This document shows, piece after piece, positions 35,646-48,200 of a DNA stretch of 64,000 bases. Below the pieces are notes generated by a model, which was not told where the DNA came from, did not search any database, and was given only the letters and a program-made list of their open reading frames with translations. Position numbers and translations under genes: made by a program. The stretch is taken from NCBI GenBank assembly GCA_032718475.1, contig JAUCBJ010003170.1, positions 1 to 64,000 of the forward strand, given 5' to 3'. The DNA is from Nemertoderma westbladi (Eukaryota > Animalia > Xenacoelomorpha). How positions within the stretch are numbered: position 1 is the first letter of the stretch; each line of letters opens with the position of its first letter.

Positions 35646-37804
35646 CCAAATTTATCTAATATGATCAAATCTAGCTAGTTGTTGTTACTTTTTAGAAGTT
35701 TTTTTGTACTGGGCACTCTACTATAGCTTGTGTGATAATTTCTGAATATTTTTGATTAACCACATATTGCAGTTCCTTCCACATCATTTTATTGGAATTT
35801 TTCCTGAATCTGCTTGTCTGGCACTCGAATTAGTGGTGGTTAGTAATTTTTTATGGTAGCTAGTGTTTTTTAAGGCACATAGACAGACACATAGCATATA
35901 AACACAAATCACTATCACTGTACAAAGGGCAGGGGGATTATTCATATGCAGTCACTGATGCGCATGCAGTTATCGGGGATAGAGGGGGCTTGGTCCTATG
36001 CAATGACTAAATGAATTCGGCTGGTACCAGCTTCACCGATATACTCCTTTTTACGATTTAATCGATCTGATTATAAAGTACTGTACTACCAATAAGTTTA
36101 TAAATATTTATTACTAGCTACGTTACATTAAAACACCAGCTACGAAAAGATTACTAGCTACAGTAGCTACCTAGCAATACCACAAAATCGAATGCGAGTC
36201 ATCATTTCCCAAAAAAATATTTGGCTAGAGTTCCGTATAGAATTGCATTTTTAAATCATATGTCATTGTTACTATGGCAACATTGAAGAGTTCTAGAACA
36301 ATAGAAAAGTATTATATACTATTCTACAACATAAATAAAATGAAAAATATAATGTTCTAGAACATATCTAGTTTTTTTTTAATTTTAAAATAGCTCGTAA
36401 ATTAAAAAAAATATCCAATTTGGTAGATAAATTTTCTAATAGGTAAATAATATAAATAAATATTTTTTTTTGTATTACTAGATATTTTAAATTTGAAAAA
36501 TAACTAGCTATATGTTCTAGAACAATATATTATTTGTATTATTTACGCTCTAGAATAGTGTATAATGCATATAATATGACATAAATAAGATAAAAAATAA
36601 TAATGTTCTAAAACATATAGCTAGTTCTTTAATTTTAAAATAGTATTTTTTTTAAATGGTATTTTTTCCGATTTTGTGTTCATCAATATAGTTAGTGATA
36701 ACATTATGTTATGGTAGCTAGTAATTTTTGTGGTAGATAGTATAATTATTTGGCTAGAGTTCCACCCGTCCCCCCATTTTAATTTTATACCAAAATGTAC
36801 AAGTTTGCTAGCTGCTACCTTTTAGTGTTTGTGTAAAGTGTTCTATAACATTCCATAATAGTTTTTTTAATTATGATATGATCTAGAGTTAAATTTTGTT
36901 CTGTTTTAGAACATTTTTAAAAAGTTGAAAAATTTTATTTTATTTATTTTTTATTAATTCAATGATATTGTATCCAACATTTCCATACATCTTTGAACAG
37001 TATTTGATTTAATCAACAGGGTAGGGTGCTTTTATTTCTTTTATTATCTCCATGAATGGATTTTTTCCCTCTTTTATTCTCATTTGAAGACGCCAGAGGT
37101 ATTCTACTCTATCATTGTAACATTGAATTTTTCTGCATACTCCTGACTTTTGTTGCACTTGGATAGCTCATTGTATATCTTGTTGATTTTCTGATTTTCT
37201 TGCGCACTTGTCTTTTTATTTCCTTCAACTTTTTGACAGTTTTTTACTTTGCAAGTAACAAAATATTCTAGAATGTCATGTTTCATTAGATACTGCATCT
37301 TTTATTTTTTGAAAAAAATAAAACTGCGCTAAAAAATAGCAGTCAATTTTTTATTCATTATTTTATTATTATATTAATAATAAAATATTGACTTAAAATT
37401 TACTAGCTATTTTTTAGCGCAGTTTTATTTTTTACATTTTTAAATTTTTTGCGGCCCTCGTTCTATTATTTCCCTCGCTGTCGCTCGGGAAACAAAATCA
37501 CTCGTGCCGTAAAGCTATAATGTGCTATTTTATGAACAATGACGTATATAGTTATTATAGCACCGTGTCCTATAATAAAATAATGTTGTTCTCTTTAATA
37601 TGTTAATTATGATTTTTTTTAACAACTATTGGAATAGCTGTTCTGGTTATTCCTTGGTAACATACCCATAGATTGAGCAAAAGAAATCGCACTGTCTTGG
37701 GAGTAGACAATTTCAGCAACATTAAAATCGCGACATTATTTTCTTTGCCTTTCATGAAAAAATGTTCTGACACTGGTCTAATATTTTAAGGCCATAACAG
37801 CATT

Positions 37805-37916
37805 CATGGCCGGATTAAGCAATAGGCTAACAAGGCTGAGCTTTGGGGCCCCCGAACTTTAGGGGCCCCAAGATGGTCGTTAGCCTAGGGGCCCCCAAAA
37901 CCTTAATTCGGACCTG
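37805..37916. mobile_element. hAT-like MITE (112 bp)
   Basis: TIRs CATGGCCGGATTAAG / CTTAATTCGGACCTG; 8-bp TSD ACAGCATT at 37797-804 and 37917-24. Confidence 0.8.
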
Positions 37917-38691
37917 ACAGCATTTACTACTTAGGCGTATATATTTAAATGTACTGAAGGTAATGGTTAATGAAGAAAATGTTCTAGAATACTACAGTAT
38001 TTGCTCATAGTTTAAAACCGCAAAAAAATAAATGCAAAAAATAAAGGTTCTGGACTCCCCGTACCACCAGGTACCATCAGTGTACTGGGTAAGCGTAACA
38101 CTGTACTGGGTAACAAACATTCCTCGATCCACGTTGAACACGGAATAATGTCCAACGTATCGAGGGTTTTCCGATTAAGCAAAGACTGTGTTCTAGAACA
38201 ATAATTAATCAAAACAGCGAAAAGCTAGCCTGAAAAAAAAACAAGTGAAGGGTGAAGGCAAAGTAAAGCCAAGAAACACAGTACAGTAGTAGCTAACAAC
38301 ATTTATGTATTCTAGAACAATATTTCTAAACAAAATAATAGATGATATGTTTTAGAACATTTTCAAAAAACAAAGTAACAAAAAATTAGCTAGTATAAAA
38401 AATTTGGAGGGGCGTGTGCCAAAAACACAGTACCCATTTCGGGTACTACTGTCACATTACAGTAGGTCCCATTTCGTAGGCATATTTAACCCCTGACATA
38501 ATTATAGCGAATTAACGAATTTGCGTAAAGCGCTTGAATATTATGTTGTTAGGATCGTTTGAAAATTGTTTATAATTCGCTATTTGTGTCGTTTCTACAG
38601 TATAATTTGATGTTCTAGATTATCATTTTATAGTTTCTTATGTTAACCATTTTACAGGAAATTGAGTTTAAATTTACTATTGTAACATCTG

Positions 38692-40619
38692 GGGTATATC
38701 TTTTGCGTAGAGGTATAGCCTACATAGAGGCTTCATGTAGGTATGTGTAGCCTACATGTAGCTGCACGTGTAGGGTGAATGTAGGTAGGTGTAGTCCCAT
38801 AGATATTAATGTAATTTATGAGTCAACTTGCAGTAACGTGATACACGGTCGTCAATCAGGATGTATGGCAATAATCTCTGATCTCCACGGTACAATACGG
38901 TACATCAACCTGCAGACCTGTCTGCTGTCAGACAACAGGTTTTACTGCATACTGCAGTACTGTATAAATATCAAACATCGCGTTCTGATTATACTAAAGT
39001 CCCTTAAGGCCATGATACACCACAGGAGCGGCGAGCGGCAGCAGCCATTTGTGGTGTATCATCACCCATAGAAAATAATGTGTTCTATTTTTAAAAAGTG
39101 GCCGCTTGCCGCGGCCGCTCGCCGCTGCCGCTCGCCGCTCCTGTGGTGTATCATGGCCTTTACTCGTCATAAATATTATGCCCTAATAAATTTGAGTATG
39201 CTAACGCCACGAAAGGCATCGTTCCATTAGATTAACTCGTTCTGATTTATATGTTTATTGAGTAAGAGTAACCTAAACAAGAACAGCCATCATCGCGGGG
39301 ACTATAGTCTACCAGAAACCCTGACCCCCCTCTGCCCCTCTTTATATGTTTATCAACCATACATCCATGGGACTTGAACAGTACTTCAGCATTGAAATGT
39401 TTTGGACGTTTTGTTTTGAAAGTAAAAATATAGAAGTCTGGAAGTTTTGTTTGTTTTAATTTTTCAGGCAGTCACATTCCACCAACCAGCAACAGTCCCA
39501 TCCCTTCCCACTATCCCGCGGACCACCACTGTTTCATTATAAAGTATTCCCATCTCGATGATGGGAATTAATCAGTAATCCGATGGGATTCAAATCCCAT
39601 CTCGAAGTAACAGCAAAACAATAACACGAAAGTCATAATAGCTTTACATTACAGTTATATTTGATTGCATTGAAAGTTAATAGAAAGAAGAAGTTAAATT
39701 GCATATCCATTAAAATATCATGAAATTGATACGGCAGTTTAGTAGATTAAAACGGCCACAGCAAGATTTATAAAATGAAAAATAAGTAAAATCAGCACAG
39801 CACACAATATTATCAATATAGACATTGAAGACAATTTAATAAACAAATACTATAAAAAAATATCTACTAACAATCAATACATGATATATATAATATATAT
39901 ACATCAGCGACTACCATCGCCACTCTGGTTCAATCAGTCAGTCCGGTATCATTGTTAGCGTTCTGTTGAATTACCCACTCATCCTCAGACCCTCATGGAC
40001 ACGGTCGACGAGCTCTAACCCTAACCGTTAGTCAATTCCTCCTTGACTGGAAACATCAGGTTCGGGCCGTTCGGCCCATACAAAGTCATTAGCCTCCATG
40101 CCTGAACCAGCAGGATCATAAGATCTACAGTATGTATCGGTATATCGTTCAGTCGTTTTTTCCTTTGTCAGTACTGTAGTATTGATAGGCTCCTTCTCGC
40201 GGGTATTCAGGGGACCCCCATTCGACGTATTCGCATCTCCTCCTGGTTGTTTCGGGTACCACCGCCCGCCATATGCGCATCTCTTCGTGGTTGTTCCGGG
40301 TACCACCCCCGATCGCCGCATTCGCATCTCATCGAGGAAGTTCGGGTCCGGGTACCCCGTGTAGGCCTATTCATTCATCATTGTTGTTTTTAAAGACCTA
40401 CCTACACCTACCTACATTCACCCTACACGTGCAACTACATGTAGGCTACACATACCTACATGTAGCCTCTATGTAGGCTATACCTCTACGCAAAAGTTAT
40501 ACCCAGCTAGGGGTACCTACACCTACCTACATTCACCCTACACGTGCAACTACATGTAGGCTACACATACCTACATGTAGCCTCTATGTAGGCTATACCT
40601 CTACGCAAAAGTTATACCC
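38692..40619. mobile_element. Non-autonomous Mutator-like element (1928 bp) with about 110-bp TIRs, right TIR tandemly doubled
   Basis: GGGTATATCTTTTGCGTAGAGGTATAGCCTACATAGAGG... at 38692 is inverted at about 40398-40504 and 40513-40619; 9-bp TSD TAACATCTG at 38683-91 and 40620-28. Confidence 0.85.
39007..39159. mobile_element. Harbinger-type MITE nested in the Mutator-like element
   Basis: TIR AGGCCATGATACACCACAGGAGCGGCGAGCGGCAGC with its exact reverse complement; TTA duplicated at 39004-06 and 39160-62. Confidence 0.8.
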
Positions 40620-41214
40620 TAACATCTGCCCGGAGCTACCCTTAAAATTCAAAAAATAGTTTAATAATAATTACGAATATGATTATATATATTTTGTTTG
40701 GAAATCGTAAGCGTTAGTATATAGGCTTATCTACTACGATAGCTTTCTGTATGTCCCCTAATTTTTGGTATCGGAGTATCGTACTCGTACTTTGTTTGAC
40801 CCCCATTTTTTGTTAAATTGAGAAATTGGTGGGACATATGGCACTCTTCCCAAACTATATAAATAGTCTTATTCACAAAACCTACATGACGTACATTTTC
40901 CGCACACAGTCCGGCAGCATCAGCACAGTGATCAACCGTGCAATATTATCAGTTTCATAACCACAATACCATACTAATCGATATTAGGGAGGGTGTCGTA
41001 ACCACAATACCATACTAATCGATATTAGGGAGGGTGTCGCTCTCTCAGCCTCGCGAGCAATTTGAATAAAACGTGTTTCCATTTCAACAGCGACTGAGAC
41101 CCTAGCAACCGAAGTTAGCAACCACTGTTATAAACACTCAGTATCTAGAGTATTCACACCAAATTGGTCTCTATCGATGATTATCGTGAACCGAAGATTA
41201 CCGCCCTAACAATG

Positions 41215-41487
41215 GTTGCCAGGGTAACAGTTATTTGAGAATGAGGTCATCGAATTCGCAATCATTGGTTTAGTTAAGTTTGGGGTAAATCCTGTAACCA
41301 TTGTGTGTTTAAAACATGACTAAACACCCCGGTAACCATGGTAACACGATTTATGATAAATGCTCAAGGTTGTAGGGGCGACACCCTCATAAATATTGTT
41401 TTGTAGGGTCTAATGAGTACTAAACCGATGAAGCACTACATTTATTTTTATGCACTACATGTTTAAAACATTTGTTACTATGGCAAC
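41215..41487. promoter_or_regulatory. Cluster of RFX X-box-like motifs upstream of the large + strand gene
   Basis: GTTGCCAGGGTAAC (41215-28), GTAACCATGGTAAC (41332-45), GTTACTATGGCAAC (41474-87), 0.8-1.05 kb before the ATG at 42266. Confidence 0.5.
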
Positions 41488-42265
41488 GTTGATGACTCTA
41501 GAACAATTGAAAATTATTATATGCTATTCTAGAATATAAATAAAATAGAAAATATAATGTTCTAGAACATATAGCTAGTTTTTTAATTTAAAATAGCTAG
41601 TAAATTAAAAACTTTAATTAACTTTAAATAAATTTTTGAATACTTTTACATTAATGTTGATTATAGAGTTTTTGTATACCGATGTAACTAATTAGTTTAT
41701 TTATTCATTGGGTATTAGTTTTTGTTGACCTTTCCCCTTTAATATCTCATGGAATCCGTTGAATTTTCCTTTTCTAATCTGTTGCCTCCACATCTATTCA
41801 GTCAGTTTTTCGGAGTATTTATTTTCATAGTTAATGCACTCATCACACAAAGGGTGTCGCATATTTTTCTTATTTTTCAACGTACCGGTCTTGTCTTTTA
41901 ATTCCCTTAATTTGACTTTTTCGCATTTCGCACCCCAAAAATTTTTTGAATAATTTTTTTAATTACTAGCAATTTGAAATTTGAAATATGACTAGCTATA
42001 AATCCAAAATCTATGCATTTTGCTCCCGGACTGTAACCAAAAGCTATTGTTAGTATTTTTATTCACATCAACCCTTTTCTGCATGGAAACAAACAATGCT
42101 ATTGGATTCCAGGTTCTTCCGGTGGTGAATTATTATTCTATAATTCTACATAGCTACTATATTATTATGTATTTAATAGGCTTCCTAACAAATTTACTCT
42201 TAAGCTCTTTAATCTCATAAAGTAAGGCTAAGTAACGTGAAGTAAAGTCTTCTGATCAGACAATT

Positions 42266-45200
42266 ATGGAAGGGAAAAATAGTAAAGAAAATGATTACGA
42301 TTCCTACGTAATCTGCGCTCGTAGTGAACCTGCAGACTCGGAAAAGGAAACGGTTAGTTACAGTAGTTAAGTTGTTCAATTATTTACAATTATACCTTTC
42401 GTCGCTCTATTCAATATATCACAATATTCTGGAATATGTTGTTTATCTCATAAGTAGATGGGCAACAATGCAATGCATATAATTATAAACTAGTACATGG
42501 ATATTCAGGTTGGGTGCAATCTTCGCCCGCGTCCAATCTTCGCCCGCGTCCAATCTTCGCCCGCGTCCAATCTTCGCCCGCGTCCAATCTTCGCCAACGA
42601 GTGGGCGTGCGAAGTTTGCTGCGAACCGATATTCATACATAAACAAAATGTGTTCTATACTAGAACATTTTAAACTTGTATTTATTAGATATAATAAATG
42701 ACCTGCAGTGGAAGCAAATACATGCAACAACTTTGGAATGCCCATATTTCAGCTATTTCCCAACCAAATTTACATTATTTGGAATCCTTGCACGGTCAGC
42801 TTTCTATCAGTACCAACAAATCACTATAAGGTTGTTGAAGAATAACTGCGGTGTAACTCGGTGCAATATCGACGGAGACACTTTTTTCAAATGCTTGTAG
42901 CTAAAGATTGAAAGCGAAAATAAAAATGCTGGCTCACCCACTAAGGAGGAGAGAGATGACAACTATCTCTGTTTCATATTTTATGCAATCTCACGATTTG
43001 TGGATAGATTTGGGGGGGTCAGGCCAAGTTATCCAATACTACCAGTACAAGAACCGGTTCTGCAGAATGTTATAAATTAATAAGAAATAATAATAAAATA
43101 ATAAGAATAAACAATTAGCAAAGAATACAATTCAAATGGGGGTAAACACTATGGCAACAATATTAGTTATAGAACACCATATAAATGTTATTTAACTATT
43201 CTAGAACATAAATAAAATAAAAAAAATAATGTTATAGAACATGTAGCTAGTTAATTTTAAATTAGCTAGTAATTTTAAAAAATTTAGATTTCAACTTTTA
43301 ACAATTTGTTGCCAAATGTTTTAACATTTTTATAGTTTAATAAATATTAGCTCGTAAAAAAAACACTATGCTACCATAAAAACTACAAATCTACTAATGT
43401 TCTATAACACTTACCATTACCGGTACCAATAATAAAAATCTAAAAAATACCGTTTTTTAATTTAAAAAATGGTCACACCAGCTATACCTATGTTATAAAA
43501 CAATCTTAAAAATTACTAGCTACCTGAAATTATAACATTTATAACAATAAATTTAATAAATTAATTAAATACTAGCTATTTTGAATTTTAAAAATTATTA
43601 GCTATATGTTCTAGAACATTATATTTTATTTAATTTATGTTCTAGAATAGTCAAATAACATTTATATGGTGTATGGTGTACACAGTAACAATGATTTATG
43701 TTTAAAAAGTGTAGTGGCATAAGGAACCTAAACAATAAACAACCATGGAATTATTCACAAAAAATTGATTTTATCTAATATAATTTAATGTGATTATCCT
43801 ACTTTATTCCACACCCTCGCAAATACCTTCAAGTTGCCGTAAAAGTTGAGCAACTTTTACAGCATCTTTTTTGTTTTACAGTAACTTCGTGTTTGCACCG
43901 AGCAACTTGATCGGCTAGTTTGTTGATGGCCACTAGCAACTAGCCCAATCGGCTAGTTGCTCTACAACTTTCTTAAAAAGTTGCCACGTGTAAACAACGT
44001 GTCAACTTAATGAAAGTTACAATATTTTTTAAATTTCAAAAAATACTAGCTATTAAAAAAACACTAGCTACCATAAAAGATATCTACTAATATTCTAGAA
44101 CATTCACCAATATCAAAAAAGTACTAAAAAACACTAAAAAATGACTCGTAAAAAAAATGGCAGGAGGAAGTGTAGAGAGGGCGAAGTAGTAGGCCTACCT
44201 TTTACTCCCTAGAGGGAGGACACAAGTAGGCCTACCCTTTACTCCCTAGAGGGAGGACACAAGTAGGCCTACCCTTTATTCCCTAGAGGGAGGACACAAG
44301 TAGGCCTACCCTTTATTCCCTAGAGGGAGGACACAAGTAGGCCTACCCTTTACTCCGTTGAGGGAGGACACAAGTAGGCCTACCCTTTACTCCCTAGAGG
44401 GAGGACACAAGTAGGCCTACCCTTTATTCCCTAGAGGGAGGACACAAGTAGGCCTACCCTTTACTCCCTAGAGGGAGGACACAAGTAGGCCTACCCTTTA
44501 CTCCCTAGAGGGAGGACACAAGTAGGCCTACCCTTTACTCCCTAGAGGGAGGACACAAGTAGGCCTACCCTTTACTCCGTAGAGGGAGGACACAAGTAGG
44601 CCTACTCCATTTTCTCCCGATTTTGGTACATATTCGAGCGAAATAGTAATCAATTAAAGAATAAAAGTATTATCTACCAAGATCAATGCAAGATTTATGG
44701 ATTATAATGTCATTGTCAATGTCATTGTTGTCCTTTATTTACAGAAATTGGGAATGAGTTTGGGCCTCTCCTCTAGTAGGATGATATGTTTCAGTATGCC
44801 AAATATATCGGCGTCATCAGAGAGTCCGGGGGGAATTCCAGGAAGATATTTGGATGATTGTTTGGCGAATGTACAGCGCAATAATGACGTCACAAACGAG
44901 AAAACTAAACAAACGGAAATGAGAGAAACTCTGAAACCTGGGAGCGTGTTTATGGCTCCGAACCGAGGAAGCACTAACCGAGAAATGCTGAACTACGTGA
45001 CTCCTCCTATAAGCGGCACCGGGATGTGGGCGACCGCAGCCGATAAGTTTCCTCCCCCGCCAATAGGATGCCGCACCTCGATCCAGTGGTGGTCTTCCAA
45101 CAACGACAATAAGGCCGTCGATTCGTCCACTCTGTCGCAGTTCCCCCCGGGTGCTCAGCGTGGACCGCTTCGGGATGTACTGGGATGGCGGTTCGACAAC

Positions 45201-48200
45201 CTTCGTAGTCAGTGGATCTTCACCGATGAAGGTGAGTTGCTGGCGATAAACCGCGTTCGCAAACTCCTCAGATTATCCACGTTGCATCGTCGACTATTGT
45301 GGTCAATTCCTGCAAATAGTAACTTAGATTTCGTTGATTTGTCTGAAGTTTGTCCAGATGTGAGAGTTAGTCCATTGCAGTCACGTTTGGCGTTTGATGC
45401 CAGTTTATTGGCCGGAAGGTTTAGTGTCACCGAGGCAACGGCGGGAGACAGAAAGCGGCCAACGGACGCGTTTTATTACGAACTGGTACTTCGACGCGAA
45501 TTCGGCGACATTTTCGTGAACTCTATTCGCAATTACATTAATGATACACGATTTAGAAACCTCGATTCGATTAAATTCCAAAATACACTGCGGGCAACTT
45601 TCTATGAGATTTATTTGCATGGTTTGCGAACAAAATTCGGGGATAGTTATATGAAGATATTGGAAAAGCGCTATATGGATAGTGAAACTAAGCGTTTCGT
45701 ACCGAATGCAGCAGTGTATGAAGTGGCGAGGTTGTATACAATAGTGCGAGGAAAGTTGTTTAAGATGCGCTCTATGGGGAATCCTAAAGTCGCTATAAAA
45801 AAATTGAAACCCACGTATCTTAAAGGTCCTATTAGATGGACCAACCCTCTCACTACACCGCCCGCGAACAGAAAGGGAGATCTAAACTTCCTGTATTACA
45901 TTCGCAGTCAGTGTACTCCAAACGATGCGAACGCCCGGCTTATTCTCTCGTCCCTAGGTTCAACATATTGGTTCACAGAAACTGCAATTTTCTCTCACAG
46001 TAGAATGCTCAGACTGAGGAAAGCCAGAACCAACAGGATGAGGGAGAAGCGATTGTTGCCTCTTCAAACACACGAAGAAACGGACGATGGATATGGAATA
46101 GACGATATGGCGGGTGATTATTGGTTTTCCAGTGAGAATTTACCAGTTGAAGATATGTATATGCGCCGAGATGAGTATATTGCTATAAAAGCAAGTGGTA
46201 TAAGTGATGCCTTTTTGGAGGTGGATGATATATTCAGTCATCACGAATTCGATAAGAGTGATCATTCCATTAGTAAGTCTGCAGTAAGTAAAATGAATAA
46301 AGAAAGAAGTCAAAGGAAAGGAAAGTTGACAACGAAGAGAGAATTTCTACGAAAGGGGGAGGGAGAGATACTCCGGCATTCGGTGGACAAATCAAAACGA
46401 ATGTCGATGCGAGCCAAAGAGATTCGTAGGAAGTTGTCCCTCGAACGCTTTATTGGTGACGAGGCTAACAATAAGAAATCGCACAGAAAGAAAACTGCAA
46501 AAGGTTTGGAAAAATCGAAGAAGGGGTCATTGGATTCGGAAGACATGGAGAATAGTTCCAGTGGTGATGAATCTGGTGATCAAATAGGAAGCAAGCGGAG
46601 CAGTGGTGGCGAATATATCCGCGGCAGTGGTGGCGAATATAACCGCGGCAGTGGTGGCGAATATACCCGCGGCAGTGGTGGCGAATATAAGCGCGGTAGT
46701 GGTGGCGAATATAAGCGCAGCAGTGGTGGCGAATATAAATGGAAGAACGGCGAAGAGGGGCGGCAGATGAGGATGGCAGTGATACCGATGTACGCCCATA
46801 GAGCATTGAGTCGTCTCGACCCTGATGAAGCCTTCTACGCAAATTTTTATTGCGATGTCGCTGGAGTTATTCGGCTCATCAAGGAAATGATGATGGCTGG
46901 AGGCCAGGGGGAAACAGTTAACGATATGGATTTCGAAGCGGAGAAGAAGGAAGGCGCACAAGATCATTTTTGGGTTGTAAGTAACAAATTGATATCGACA
47001 TTCAGTAAATTTGAGTAAATTCAGTACTCCAAAGTTATAATTCTGACCCAGTGAATTTAAACTACTCATACTCATACTCTCATATTTAATTTACCATTAT
47101 GGCCACAGAGCTTAAAATTGTAATTGAAAGTGAGACGATATGTTTAGGCATAGTTTGGTGAGAGAAACATTGTGTTTACCATTTTCACTTTTTAGAGTGG
47201 TCAAGGTATATTGAATGTAAAAGACGAAGTTGCTTTAATTGTTAAACAGAAGGCAGAACGAGCGGCTCTGTTAAAGAAAATGCCAAGAAAAGATAAGAAA
47301 GCCAAGTTCGGCGCGGGAGCAGCACGTATGTTGGGTTTCATTGTTTTCATTGAATATTTAATATAAGTTATCAATTAATTGTTATTTTTCAGATTTATTT
47401 TATTTCAATGTTTTTTTGTATCTCAGCAGCGTTCTACAAAAGTTATCAATTTTCATCGATACTTTTTAGTGATAGTGGTTGCATTAAATTCATATAACCT
47501 CAGAGGTCGCGTGTTCGATCCCCGCATGTGTGCCAGGGTAGTTTTCGTTTCAGCACGAAGGCCTTAACGGGACAAGCCAGGGCGCATCTATGACTTGCAT
47601 CCTTAACAACTTGGCAACCGTTATTTTACATTTGTTTCTTTGATACTCTTGGGCCACCATTTAGGCGACACGACATAAAAAGGTGATTCGCAACAAAATT
47701 GACAACAATTTGCATTGCTATGCGACTGACAGTGACAATGCATCCAGGTGGTGTGGCTGATATATGTTTAAATTGTATCAAGAAAACGGTGAAAGTAAAT
47801 ACAATACAATACAACCTAATACAAAAAAATTGTTGGAGTAAAAACCCCAAAGTTCTTATTTTTTACTTTTAGTTAGCAAACTGGAAAAAAAACTTGAAAT
47901 TCTCAAGAAACTAAGATTATTAAGACTCAGGAAAATTCAGGAATCGGCTGGTTTGAAGAGCGCAAAGAAGCCGCCACCAGAACCTCCGAGGTTAGTGAAA
48001 CAGGTACAACCAAAACCCCCAAGGTTAGTTAAACAGCCACAACCAGAACCCCGATGGTTAGTGTAACAACCGCCACCAGAACCACGAATGTTAGTGAAAC
48101 AGCCACAACCAGAACCCCCAAGGTTAGTGAAACAGCCACAACCAGAACCCCCAATGTTAGTGAAACAACCGCCACCAGAACCACCAATGTTAGTGAAGCA

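Noticed and set aside
35900-35970. Iron-responsive element upstream of ferritin (CAGTGA on the minus strand, twice)
   Set aside because: Flanks do not form the 5-bp upper stem with a bulged C.
40015-40025. CTAACCCTAAC, identical to the vertebrate telomerase RNA template
   Set aside because: Single 11-mer inside a transposon; I found no convincing pseudoknot or H/ACA domain, and a chance hit in 64 kb is plausible. An Infernal TR search would settle it.
44188-44605. CRISPR-like 37-bp repeats
   Set aside because: Units are contiguous with no unique spacers, there are no cas genes, and the context is eukaryotic.
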